From the human T2T-CHM13v2.0 reference genome, Homo sapiens, in assembly GCF_009914755.1 (NCBI RefSeq), contig NC_060942.1: DNA of 64,000 bases. One strand, written 5' to 3'. Each line of letters begins with the position of its first letter. The first letter of the stretch is position 1. A program made the position numbers and the translations under genes. Shown here piece after piece: positions 45,366 to 63,653 of the stretch. A model generated the notes under the pieces. That model searched no databases. It saw only the letters and a program-made list of their open reading frames with translations, and was not told where the DNA came from.

Positions 45366-45574
45366 GAAAGTGTCTCTTAACTGAAGAAAGACTTACTTTT
45401 AGATCAAAGGGAATTATTTTAAACCTAGAATGCTATCATCAGCCAACCATCAATCAGGTAAAAAGGCTAAAAACATCCTTGGATATACTTTCTATTCTTT
45501 TTCTGGAAAATTATTCAAATATATTGCTTTTTAGTGACACAAAATATAAAACTAAACAACATGGAGACTTAACT

Positions 45575-45699
45575 CTTTTTTTTGAGATGAGGTCTTGCTA
45601 TATTGCCCAGGCTGGTCTTGAACTGATGGGCTCAAGAGATCTTCCTGTTGAAGCTTCCTGAGTAGCTGGGACTATAGATGTGTGCTACTGTGCCCAGCT
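45575..45699 (-). mobile_element. Alu monomer (FLAM-like)
   Basis: tttgagatgaggtcttgc...gtgcccagc; TSD taactc. Confidence 0.85.
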
Positions 45700-46382
45700 C
45701 TAACTCAAGATTTTGATTAAAAAAAATCCAGAATGACAGCAACAAGCAATTGACATACTTTAGAACAAAATTTCAGAGAACTTTGTGAAGAGTGTTACCA
45801 AGAAAAGAGTAGTTCCTAGTACTCGTATGATTTCGATTCTGAGAGTTCATTGTGTCATGCTGTTGAGGATATGATGGCATTTTGTGCTGATGAACAAGAA
45901 CAGAGACAAAAATTCCAGTAAGTATGACGCAGGCTAAAATAATAGCATGATTTTGGACTTTCCATGGAGTATAAGCATGCTTTCTGAAATGACAGTAGTA
46001 GATCAGGTCATTTAAAAGGGCCAAGAGGACAAGCCTAAGGTTTCAAAGTTCTCTTTATTATTTCCAAGTTAATTAAGTCAGATAAAATCAAGCGTAATAC
46101 TTTAAGCTATTAAAAATGTTTCTCCTGGGTGGTGGGATTATTTTATAGGTAGCGTTTATTCTTTTCTTTTACCCATCTCTCTGTTTTTGTGACTTTCTAC
46201 CATGAAGTTTTATAACAGAAGCACAATAAATGTTATTTTAAAATAAAATATCACTAAAATATAGCTTAGGACTTTTTTATGCACTTAGCCCATCTGAATA
46301 AAAAAAGCCATATAAACAAATACCATTCCCAATGTAAAGATAGTTTTTTCTTAGTAATAATTCTACCGTTGAAAGAATACCT

Positions 46383-46688
46383 GGCCAGATGTGGTGGCTC
46401 ACACCTGGAATCCCAGCCCTTTGGGAGGCCAAAGCAGGCAGATTACTTGAGCCCAGGAGTTCGAGAGCAGCCTGGGCAACATGGCAAAACCCCATTTCTA
46501 CAAAAAAAAAAAAAAATTAGCCAAGCTTGGTGGGGCACGCGTGTAGTACCAGCTACTTAGGGAGCTGAGGTGGGAGAATCGCTTGAGCCCAGGAGGTTGA
46601 GGCTACAGTGAGCTGTGAACACTGTGATCATACCACCACTCTCCAGCTGGGGCTACAGAGCTAGACCCTGTCTCAAAAAAATAAAAAG
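46383..46688 (+). mobile_element. Alu (AluJ-like)
   Basis: Full dimer. Confidence 0.93.
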
Positions 46689-48425
46689 ACCAGTTTATAA
46701 TCACTAGTTTGTAATTGTTTAAGGTCAAGGCATGACTTTTTTCTTTATAAACTATATTAATAGTTTATAGGTAAATCAAGATATTTATGTCTGAGTCGTG
46801 AATATCTCAGAATCAGGTAAAGAATAGACAAACACAAATCACATTTGAAATTCAATTTTAATCTCAGGTGAGTATGTTTCATAGCATTTTGTTTTCTTAA
46901 TTTAAAACTCATAAACACTTATGTAAATCAATACTAGTAAATCTCATTTAAAATAATACTTTGTTCTAGAGCCTAGATTTTTGTGGCAGGGTTGTTTTGT
47001 CAATATACTCAATCATGAAATAAAGATAGAAGTAGAAGATATTCAGATACTTACGGAAAGGTCACAAAGTATGGCATCATTTTATTGGATGTTTATACAG
47101 TATATATTTGGTGTCTTTTATATACTAGGAAGTAACATAGCATGATGGTTGTACCAATTTTGGAGTCAGAGAAACTTGGATTTGAAGATGTAACTCTGCC
47201 ACTTACTAGCTTTATGGTCATGACAGATGTATTATTAGCATTACATAGTGGTATTCTAGACATGTAAGATGGACATAGATGAATGAGACAATTTATAGAA
47301 TTGCATAAGTACAGTACTCATTTTAACCTTTTACTAATGCTTATTTTCAGTGAAAAGTTCTCTACTTAGCTATAGAAACTTTTAAAAATTATATACTGGC
47401 ATCAAATTGTAGTTAGCAAATGCAACAAAGTTGATATTATTGTATCCCTCCCCTGTTTACTATCTCCACTCCATTTCCTTTCCCTTCTAAGGAGTGCTAG
47501 AAAATATTTTACACAAATAACTGTCAATTATGACTAGTACCTTTATAATAAAAGTATAAATTCCACCAAACACTAATACATGAAATATTAGATATAAGAA
47601 AATAAGTATCGTGTTTCACTCTACTTCTTCTTTGCCCTCACGCCTCCCTGCACCTCTCCTTCCCTGCCCATGAAAAGTTTATATCTATATATTTCCATTA
47701 TTTATTTGAAAGACTGATGGTTTCCACTGCCCTTATTCTAAAGGACCACATACTTCCATTGTAGCCCTGTAATAAGTGAAATAAGTGCCCGGAGCAAGCT
47801 TGAATCTTTTTGTCTTCAATCTTATAGTACAATGTTAAACAAATAAGGGATTAGACTTTGGCCTTTTAAAATTGACGTATGTGCTTTATTGAATTTGGCA
47901 GTATTTGATGTCAAAAGTATGTTATTTATAAGTTTTTAATTTACATGATACGTTCGTCTCTTTTTTGTAGGCAGTGAGTTACTATTTATCACATGCATGG
48001 TATATGTGCCAGGTATATGTCAGGCACTTTACATAAATTAGTTAATCCTTAAAACAGTCCTGTGAGTATTAATTCCTAATACTAGATTACTGATCTTTTA
48101 CATGGCAGAGCAAAGATTTGAACCTAGGGCTAATGCCAGAACCGATGTGACTTTGCACTACACCAGGCTGATTGTTACTGAGTATAGGAAGTTCAGAGTC
48201 AGATGATCCTGCTGTTAGCATGTAACTGGAATATGAATTTTGTATACATTTATTTGATTTAATTACACCTATTTTGAAGTGTGCCAAGACAGTTCTTCAT
48301 TATGTTTGACTGTTACACTTTCTGTTGGGCAAAAAGGATGCTGAAAATGAAATAATGATTTTGTTTGTTTGTTTGTTTGTTTGTTTTGCCATAGAGCCTA
48401 CTATTAACTAATTTAAAATCTTTGG

Positions 48426-48701
<276 letters not shown>

Positions 48702-48989
48702 TTTTTTTAAATTATAGGGCTGCTTCTAATTGTGATTAAGTGTACTACAATATTATCATATTTAGGCTAATTAATTTTTATCATCTTAAAATTTCTAGTT
48801 CTAATTGCCTCGTAAAATATGTGTTTTAAAAATCTTTATTGGTTAATATATCTTAGTATCTTTTAATCTATAGATATTCCCCCTCCTTTCTTTCCTATGT
48901 TCTTGGAATTTTCTGTTGAAATAACCTGATAAATCTCCCTGATAAATTTTCCCAGAGTCTGGATTTTGAGTATTGCATCTCCATAGTTT

Positions 48990-48994
<5 letters not shown>

Positions 48995-49034
<40 letters not shown>

Positions 49035-49302
49035 GAGATGGAGTTTCATTCTTGTTGCCCAGGCTGGAGTGCAATGGTGCAACTTCCACCTCCCAGGTTC
49101 AAGCGATTCTCCTGCCTTAGCCACCCAAGTAGCTGGGATTACAGGCGCCCCCCACCTCGCCTGCCTAATTTTTGTGTTTTTAGTAGAGACAGCGTTTCAC
49201 CACATTGGCCAGGCTGGTCTCGGAACTTCTGACCTCAGGTGATGAGCCCACGTCGGCCTCCCAAAGTGCTGGGATTACAGGCATGAGCCACCGTGCCCAA
49301 CC
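48995..49302 (-). mobile_element. Alu (AluSp/Sq-like) with (TTTTG)n tail
   Basis: Reverse dimer; TSD ccatagttt. Confidence 0.93.
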
Positions 49303-50863
49303 CATAGTTTCTTTTAAAGCACATTTTTTCAAGTGTTTTCTTACCTTATTTCAAATTTTTACAGTTCACCTGTAGTGATTTGAATGTTGGGAAGAAGAAC
49401 TTGCTTGTGGGGATTTTGCTGGGGTTTAATAGGAGATCGTAATTTTAATGGTTCTGATCAATTTTCTTAATTTTTGTCAAGACTGACATGAACATCGGAC
49501 TTCTTTTGAAACATTTGTGGCACTCAGTATTGACATAAACTTGCTGTACAATTATTAAAATCATTTACATAACAATTTTGCCCATAATTTTAAAACCTTA
49601 TTTTTCATTGCTGTTTCTCAAAATGTTGACAGACTTAGTGACTCTGTGTCTCAATCTAAGTGAAATAAGTATTTCATATACGTTCTTTAATTTTCCTCTG
49701 CTTCACAATTGAACAGTCTTTCAGTGAGCTTCTGAAGGAGGCTAAAGATTCATTTTACCTAATTTCCTCCTTTATCTTAATTGTATTATTACTTGTGTTT
49801 GCAGTTATTTTATATTCATAAAGTACATATATAAATAATTATACAAACACCACTATATAAACATGGTTCCATTGTATAAAATAAGAAATTTTGTTTGGCA
49901 AAAATGTTCAACAGCTGAGAAAACCAGGAGCTCAGTGTAGGAAGACAGGCAAGTCAGTGCGTGTGTGAAAGCGCAAGCTATATGATAGCTATGGATGGCA
50001 TGGGAAGCAAATCAAATAGCATATCTGTGCTCCGCATGGCAGTTAGTATGGGAAGTCATGGCATATGGATGAAATGTTTGGCACCTCTTCAGATTGCTGA
50101 GTTTAGAGGAAACATCAATGAATTATCCAGACGATAGTTGCCATCTGGGTACTACACAAAATTATATAGTGAATATATTTGTATTTCATGTTTGTATCTC
50201 TTTCTACACTTCTCTCTTATCCCACCATAAGCACCCCCACTTAATTTCTTGATATCTTAATACAGTTCTAAAACTCATTATAAATTTAACATTAAGCACT
50301 TACTATGTGCTAGACATTACGAAAGTCCTCTGTGTAGATCACAGGCTTATGTTGGAAGTAACTTCTGAATAATGTGGAAAACAAAAGGAGAAATTTACAG
50401 CCACCATAATGATGTTACCTTCCTTACAGAAGACTTCCAAATTCCATAAATGGGTCTTCTTTTCCCTCAGTAACCACACTCTCACCCCTCTCATCCTTCA
50501 CCGAACATAATATAACATATAAAAGTTTCTCATTCCCTGGGTGCTATAAATGGTGCTCTTAATAAAGTGATGCTTTGATAAGTTTACAGAAAGCTAAATA
50601 ATGTGTGTGTTTAAGCACTTACTCATCTAGAATACACAGAATGCATTGGGGATATTGTGGTAAAAATACACACCTTTGAAATGATTCTAAACCAGTGATG
50701 TTCCCAAGGAGTGATTGGGAGGTTAACTTTACCTCCTTCCAAACCACTTCAAATAAACATAAGTAAATTCCAATGCAAATACACTCTCAAGACAAGTCTA
50801 CTTCCCGTCTTCCTTCCCACAACAGATTACTACCCTAATCCCTTCCTATATATACATTTTTTT

Positions 50864-50961
50864 AAAAGGCTAGTTAAATGAAGCAGTGAGAGTAGGAAAA
50901 GAATAAATCTGTAACTGGGTGTGATCAATTAGTTGTAAACACCATTGCACTTGGACTAACA
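50864..50961 (-). pseudogene. Y3 RNA (RNY3) retropseudogene, copy A
   Basis: Reverse complement reads ...agtgcaatggtgtttacaactaattgatcacacccagttacagattt...cactgcttcatttaactagcctttt, matching hY3 as recalled; short A tail (T run 50857-50863). Confidence 0.9.
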
Positions 50962-51324
50962 TAGGTATAAATTCCTGAACTGCTCCTCTCCCTGACCATT
51001 AATCTGAAATATCTCCTAAAAAGTTGGAAAATAATAAAGAGAAGCTGATTAGAACCCATATAAATATGCATGGAATTTTGGGGAAGAGGAAGTACTCCAC
51101 TATTATGGCTAATGTGTGTAGCAAGAAGCAATGAAAGAGGGGAGTCATGGTATAACACACTGTGAAATCAGACAGAAATACTCTGGGCTGCATCTCTTAG
51201 TAGATGGCCTTGGAAAAACTGCTTAGTAGCTCAGTTTGTCTCTTAAATGGGGATAATAACACCTGTTGTAAAGACCAAATATTATTTGCTCAGCTAATAA
51301 TAGGGCTTAATAAATAGTGGTAGT

Positions 51325-51424
51325 GGCTGTTCTGAGTCCATTGGTCTTTACAACTAATTGATTACAACTAGTTACAGGTGTCTTTGTTGCTGTTCCATTC
51401 CCACTACTTCACTTGACTAGCCTT
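51325..51424 (+). pseudogene. Y3 RNA (RNY3) retropseudogene, copy B
   Basis: ggctgttctgagtccattggtctttacaactaattgattacaactagttacag...cttcacttgactagcctt, about 86 of 100 positions identical to hY3 as recalled; A-rich tail; TSD aaatagtggtagt / aaatggtggtaat. Confidence 0.92.
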
Positions 51425-51651
51425 AAAAGAAAATGGTGGTAATAGTGGAGATGATGGTCCAGATTTTGAGAGTTCTTTATCATTGTTGGAGTTTTTATGT
51501 TATCCTACAGTGGGGAGCCCTCAGGTGAGAAGAGATATGATAGATAGTGCTGGTCACGTTGTTTAAGGTGATCTAGCCAAGGAATGATGAGACCCTGAGC
51601 TGAGACAGTAGTAGTGGGAATAGAGAGAAAACGGATTTAAGAGAGAGTCCA

Positions 51652-51941
51652 GGCTGGGCACAGTGGCTCACACCTGTATTCCCAGCACTTTGGGAGGCTG
51701 AGGTGGGAGGATTGCTTGAGGCCAGGAATTCGAGACCACCCTGGGCAACATAGTGAGTCCTCATCTCCACAAAAAAAGAAGAAACTAGTCGGGTATGGTG
51801 GCGCACACCCGTAGTTCTAGCTACTGGGGAGGTTGAGGCAGAAAGATCGTTTGAGCCCAGGTAGGAGGCTGCAGTGAGCTATGATTGTACCACTGCATTC
51901 CAGCCTGGGCAACAGAACAAGACCCTGTCTCTCAAAAAAAC
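51652..51941 (+). mobile_element. Alu (AluJ-like)
   Basis: Full dimer; imperfect TSD aagagagagtcca / aagagactcca. Confidence 0.92.
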
Positions 51942-52698
51942 AAGAGACTCCAGAAATCAAAACTCTGAATGGCTGAATTTCGAAGTTGAGGAATTGAGAG
52001 AGTTTGAAATGGCTCTGAGATTTTAAAATTTGAATAGCTGGATTGGTTGGTATGCCACGGAGGTGAGGAATACTGACTTTAAGCAGTAAGAGGAAGCAGT
52101 TGTGGAAGGAAAAGTAATGAGTTGAATGTTTTTAGTCTTGTTTTTGAGGTAGTTGTAAGGAGTCCAGGAATATCCAGGTTAGTTGACTAGAAGTTTTTTG
52201 TTTTTTGTTTCTTTTTTAGTTATGGTATATTTAGTTTTGTATCATTATCACCTACTCCTGAAATATATGTGACAGTAATATATTTTCTAAAAATATATAT
52301 TTAGTACAATTCAGATGTTTTAAAATCATCTCATTAGGCATGTGAAATGTAATTACTTTGTCAAATGTCAACATGAGAATAGATGTCATGTGTCAACACC
52401 TCTCTGCCTATTATTTTTTAAGAGATTTTGAGGGAGGGATTTCCACTATATACTGTTATCTCCCCGCATCAGCCACATCTGCTTCATTTGGTTGCTGTTC
52501 CATTTGGATACCATACAAGAAAAGATGGACATTGATGGTTCAGGGGAACAGTTAAGCCTAAGGATAATAGAGAATTCAAATACATTTTCACCATGCTTTA
52601 AATGTTACAGTCTTAGTTGCAAATATCTGAAGTCGCCTTGAGATGTGCAAGAACTTTCAAATGTATTTAAATGCATTTAAATAATAAGATGGAGCTTA

Positions 52699-53073
<375 letters not shown>

Positions 53074-53890
53074 CTATTTCTCACTTTCCTTCCTGGTTTC
53101 CCAAATAAGAATAAACTGTTGAGAATAAATTGAGATGATCAACATTAAAAATTTTTAAAGAGCGTTTTGTTAGAAATAATTGTATAAAATGTTTTATTAA
53201 ATACAAGTTTAAATTTAGTTATAGATAGCAGAGACTTTAAAAATTGGAAAAATAGAAAACAACTAGTATAACGATAAACATGGCCATTTTTTACTTAAGG
53301 GAACTTGAGGATTTGCAGATTTTAGGTGATTTTCTCACCATAGCAGTCATCTACTAAGAAAGGCAGAACAAACATTTTTTGAAGAGTTACTGCCTCACTA
53401 GAGCTCAGGATCAGGTTGATCTATGTTCTTGAGTGATTAAATTTAAAAATTGGGGACTGCTCAGGTAAAGAAAGGGAAGTGGTCTGCAAGTGAAATGGCA
53501 TCATGGAGGTGTAGTGGTCTTTGCTGAGGCCCACAGGCTGGCCAGCCTCTGGTTGAGCAACACAGGGTCACTGCAGATGGCACTGAGAAACCAGCGTGCA
53601 GAGAGATGAGTCTGATGAGCATGTGTGGCCCAGGTTCCAGAGCCAGGGTGAGGGTCATTCACCTGTAGAAATTTCTCCACTTTCATCATGGACATTAGTG
53701 TCAGGATAACTTATTTATGTTAGAATTTACATTCTTTCCTTTTAAAAAAGTAGGCATCTTTTAAAAGAACCATTAGAAAAAAAGGCATATCTGAATTGGA
53801 ATGCATTGCTTCAAATTGATGAATCAGGATCACAAATGACAAACCATGGATCTCTCAGTTTATGTTTAACTCCCTTAAGATAATTTACAG

Positions 53891-54030
53891 GGCTGGGTGC
53901 TGGGTACAGTGGCTCGTGCCTGTATTCCCAGCACTTTGGGAGGCCAAGGTGAGTGGATCACTTGAGCTCAGGTGTTCAAGACCAGCCTGGGCAATTTGTG
54001 AAACTCCGTTTCTACCAAAAATACAAAAAA
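53891..54030 (+). mobile_element. Alu left monomer
   Basis: Left arm ending aaaaatacaaaaaa; short duplicated gctgggt at the 5' end. Confidence 0.85.
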
Positions 54031-54269
54031 TATTCTGAAACACATAATTTGTGATGTTTATATAATTAAATCCTTTAAGTTAGTGTTTTTTAGTCAGTTT
54101 TGGATTAAAGGATCTTATTCGAGTTAAATATTCTCTCTCCTAAAAAAAGTGCATATGTGCAGAATTTACATAACATTTTAGTAGCTAATGTTTCCCCTTA
54201 ATCGAGACCCCTGGGTAATTATATATATAAATGCATGTATATAAATGTATATATAAATATGTGTATTTT

Positions 54270-55121
54270 TGGTTAATTTTTTAAATGTTTAACAATTATG
54301 GATACATAATAGTTGTACATAATTTGTGAGGTACATGTGATATTTTGCTACAAGTATACAATGTGTAAAAAACCAAGGTAATTGGTTTACCTCAAGCATT
54401 TATCATTTATTTGTGGTAAGGGCATTCTAATTACTCTCTTAGTTATGGTGAAATAGGGAATAAATAACTATAGTTGCTCTATTGTGCTACTGAACACTAG
54501 ATCTAATTTATTCTATCTAACTGTATTTTTGTACCCATTAACTCTCATCTCCCCATTTCCACAACCCTTCCCAGTCTTTGATAGCTGTCATTCTACTATT
54601 TCCATGAGTTTAATTTTTTGCTCCCACATACAAGTGAGAAAGTGCTATATTTGTCTTAGTGTGTCTGGCTTATTTCACTTAAAGTACTGTCCTCCAGTTC
54701 CATCCATGTTGTGACAAATGATAGAATTTCATTCTTTTCTATGGCTGAATAATATTCCACTGTGTATATGAACCACATTTTCTTTATCCATTCATCTGTT
54801 GATGGACACAAGATTGATTCCATATCTTGGCTATTGTGAATAGTGTTGCAGTAAACATGGGAGTGCAGGTTATCTCTTCAGTATACTAATTTCCTCTCAC
54901 CCCATTTGAAATGGCTTTTATCCAAAAGATAGGCAATAATGAATGCTGGCATAAATGCGGAGAAAGGGGAACCCTTGTACACTGTTGGTGAGAAACAGCC
55001 ACTTTGGAGAACAGTTTGGAGGTTCTCCAAAAAACTACAAATAGAGCTACCATATGATTCAGCAATCCAACTGCTGGGTATACACCCAAAAGAAAGGAAA
55101 TCAGTATATCAAAGAGATACA
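54270..55121. mobile_element. Truncated L1MA-group element with inverted 5' segment
   Basis: Antisense L1 3' end 54270-54895 directly joined to a sense ORF2 C-terminal piece 54896-55121 (ORF 54939: ...WRTVWRFSKKLQIELPYDSAIQLLGIHPKE). Confidence 0.82.
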
Positions 55122-55394
55122 CGCTTCTATGTTGACTGCAGGACTATGTTTTTATACTATATATTGTGATTTTAACATATACTGTGCTTTTAGAAGTGTC
55201 AAAAGGAGCCTCACCATAAAGCATATTCTCTAGAAAAGCTGTTCTACAACACTATCAGAGTTCTTACACATTGCTATTACATTATTTCCATATAAATCTG
55301 AAGTGATTATGAATTGTTTGAAATATGTATTGTATAAGCTATATCTTTTTCTCAGAAAAAAAAATTATTTTTCTGGCAGTTGTGTTTTGTTTGA

Positions 55395-60221
<4,827 letters not shown>

Positions 60222-60539
60222 TGAAGTTTTCTAGTAGATAGATAATTTCAGCAAAATAATCTGTCAGTGAGTCGAGATATAAAGCTAGTAACGTTCTTGT
60301 TTCTTTCATTCCCCAACTTTATTTTCCCTTAAAGAGTAAGAAATTTTAGCCGAAATAATATGTAGTGACATAGGCTTCAAATACAGCTATAACTATAAAG
60401 AACAAATTTAAATTAGAACTTTATACAAACTATTTCAGTAAAAATCATTTCAGGTGAACCATATTATGTTGCTGCCTTAAATCAATCTGTTGACTTTATA
60501 TATGTATACATTTGTTGTATAAATTTATCCAGGAATTTA

Positions 60540-60705
60540 TACACATTTATGTTAAACACGTGTTTAATGTAACAAACACATTCACGTGTTTAACAACATA
60601 AACACATTTATGTGTTTAACATAGACACATTTATGTGTTTAACATAGACACATTTATGTGTTTACAATACATATGCAGACTCTATATAAACACATAAATG
60701 TGTGT
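60540..60705. repeat. Palindromic AT-rich minisatellite (23-bp unit aacatagacacatttatgtgttt)
   Basis: Three tandem units 60595-60663, degenerate flanking units, and a perfect palindrome ttaaacacgtgtttaa at 60552-60567. Confidence 0.88.
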
Positions 60706-60929
60706 AATATTCATACTGTCACCTTTTCTTACTCTTGCAAAGGTGATGTAATTCAAGTTTGACTTCCTTGAAACAATTCTCGGGATATGTCTAGTTATAT
60801 TAGAAGTTTAGTTGTGTCAAATATTGTTCTAAAAGAGACTAAAAGCATAGGTGAGAAATATTCCTGGATGTAGTGGGAAGTTTTTTTAATTTTTATTTTT
60901 TAATGAGAATTACTAAAGCAGCAAAACAC

Positions 60930-61170
60930 AGCACAATATAGTAGAAAGCACTGTAGATTTCCAATTTGCATATATTACTGCAGAGTGGATTTTGCTACAG
61001 ACCCACTGTGTGATCTTAATTAATTCATTTCCCATCTCTGATCCTTAGTTTTCACATCTGTAAAACAAGAATAAATGTCTCCCCTACCTCAAGGCAGGTT
61101 GAAATAGTATATGCTAAAGCCCATTAAAACTTTAGAACACTATATAGATTTAAGGTGGTTGCTGTTATTT
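60930..61170 (+). mobile_element. MIR fragment
   Basis: actgtgtgatctt...catctctgatccttagttttcacatctgtaaaa core. Confidence 0.6.
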
Positions 61171-61478
61171 TATACAGCTGCAAATCACTGTAAGGGTCAT
61201 ATTTATTCAAGCTAATAATAAGAACTCCAGACTTTGTACATAAAATGCTGTGTGTTTGAGTTTACTGGACTGAAACTCATTTGTTTAAAATTTAGTTTGA
61301 AAAATAATAAAGACCAGAATAACAAAAATCTTGTGGGCCCTACATTCTTTTTCTTACTTTCCAATATGGCTTTATCCATTTGTTTCCTCCCAGCCAACTA
61401 ATTGCCATTTTATAAAAGTAATCTTCCCTCACATTTATGTAATCCAATTATAGAACCCATTAGAAATTATAAAGTGGA

Positions 61479-61593
61479 GGCCAGGCCTGATAACAATAAC
61501 TGTAATCCCAATACTTTAGGAGGCCAAGGTGGAAAGACCACTTGAGGCCAGGAGTTCAAGACCAACAGGATGTCTACAAAAATAAAAAATAAA
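61479..61593 (+). mobile_element. Degenerate Alu monomer
   Basis: ctgtaatcccaatactttaggaggccaaggtgg...gaggccaggagttcaagacca. Confidence 0.8.
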
Positions 61594-62863
61594 TGTGGTA
61601 AAACATACCCAGAGTCAGTTTGTTTTTCCTTCCAGTACTTTAATCATAATTTAATCAAAATGCTGCCATTTTTCCAGAGGAAATCAAGGGGAGTAAAACT
61701 GCAGGTCAAATCTCCAAAATCAAATGAACAGGGAGGAAAACGAGATTTGTTACAACCTAGTCTCTACTGTGGCCACTGATTACACACTACAGAAATCTTG
61801 GAGGGGTTCCAAGAGTGGGTGATAAAAGGAAAGTGCATCCATGAGAAGCTGTCAGGGGAGCGAGTATTCTCAAGACTCCTGGGACCCAGATATTGAAAGA
61901 GAAAATCTCCAAGCATGATTTACTTAAAAGATAGATGGGGAAAACAGCAGAGGGAAAGTTTCCTCAGAAAACCTCCATATCTCTTTGGTGATTTTCCCTT
62001 TCTTCTGTATGTGATCTATGTTAATGATTACCACATTTAAATATCCTGCCCAGATCTCTCTCCTTGGCTTCTTTTTTGTAACTGCATAGCTCCACCTGAA
62101 TGTCCATAAGCTCCAGAAACTCAGTAAGTCAGCACTGAGCTGAACTTACCCAATGACCTGCTTCTCTTTCTCCTTTCCTGTTCCCTCCTGTGGTCCCTTA
62201 CCACCCTCCCGTTCTCACACTAAGCCTCAAGTCCTTCTGAGGTGTTCCTTCTTGTTTATGTTTATTGGGCCAGTCACTAGTATTTTTCGAACCCATTTCC
62301 TTCACTCCCTCCTCCATCTCACACCAACACAATAGTAAGCTGCTTCCTCAATTCCCTGCCTACAATCTTGTCCCCATGGTGTCTGTTCACACAGAGCAGC
62401 AAGCTGTCAGACCTTTCATGGTTCTCTGTTACTTAACCCTAACATGTTCTACATAATACCTCTTCCACAGCATGTTATTTAAATGCCTCCTGTGCAAATG
62501 GGGGAGGCTTTCATGGTCAAATAAGTTTGGGAAGCACTGTTAATCTAAAAATAGGTTCACTGCAGAACTTACCAGAACCTTTGATGTATTGGGAGTTTTC
62601 TAAGTGGGTACATTTATACAAGTATACAGTGTTTTCCAAACTTGTTCTTGGAAGCATTTTTGTAGATCTTTACAGAATTGTAAGATTGTAAAGAATTGTA
62701 AGAGAAATTGTGGGCCCAATCTTCTGTGGAACATACTTTAAGAAAAGCACATTTACAGAGTAGACTGCAGCCTGTATTATTTTGCCCCTGCTGATCTCTT
62801 CTGCGGTCTTAAGTTCTTAGAACATCAAATTTGACAAAATGGTGTGAAATGATGACGACGAGA

Positions 62864-62900
62864 GTAATGGCAAAACCGCAATTACTTTTGCACCAACCTA
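62864..62900. mobile_element. Solo Hsmar1 TIR / half MADE1
   Basis: gtaatggcaaaaccgcaattacttttgcaccaaccta matches one arm of MADE1 as recalled; no second arm nearby. Confidence 0.85.
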
Positions 62901-63653
62901 GAGTTGTCTGCAGATACCATTCTGTTTGTTTTTGCATGCCATCCTCTTTTGGGAATTACCTCCCTCCCTCCTTTTCCTTTCTTCCCACATGATTCGTTTC
63001 ACTAACTCTAACTCTGGCTCTTCCTTTAAGATGCAGGTCAGGTATTTGCCCTCTTGAGGAAGCTTTCTCTGGCACCTCAGTGTCAGACAGTAGATATCCG
63101 TCCTCTACATTCCTTGAAATAACTAGAGGCCTATATGGTTTTCCAAAACTAAAACAGCACCAAACTACCTACAACTCATGCTAAGTTTAAAGCAGTTCAC
63201 AGGACGCAGAAATTAAACAAATGAATTACTGCAATTAGAGGCCTGAGAAATGGTCAGTTCCAGTAAGTTGTTTGTCCTGTAGAATTTTCCACATTGTGAT
63301 TCAACTGATTGAGTCTTTGTGGTGTTATTTAACATGTTTTCAGTCTCTCATAATGCTGATTATAGAGTCTGTAGAGCCAGGTGTGATTTTTGTCAAGAAC
63401 TTTTCATATATGGTGTTACATGATTCCTGTGGCACTACATCAAGAAGTGGAAAATACCTGGTTGTCCTACTTTCATGTGGAATTGACTGTTAAACCAGAA
63501 GTGTTATAACTTGCCAAAACATGCTAAGATATCTTACTTTGCCATAATATGCTGGCAGTAATTATAAGCAAGAATAAGGGGGAAAATACAAATTCTCCAA
63601 GGGGTAGAAAAAGAGTAGGGATCACAGATGGTTATTGCCATCTCTTGGACATC

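Noticed and set aside
49991-50137. 48-codon ATG-initiated ORF (MDGMGSKSNS...) in non-repeat-looking sequence
   Set aside because: Length expected by chance; no recognisable homology or splice context.
53461-53695. Short GC-richer patch with two small minus-strand ORFs
   Set aside because: No recognisable protein or convincing splice-site pair; probably an old repeat fragment I cannot name.
62845-62900. C-box-like ATGATGA suggesting a C/D snoRNA
   Set aside because: No suitably placed D box with a terminal stem; the downstream sequence is a MADE1 arm.
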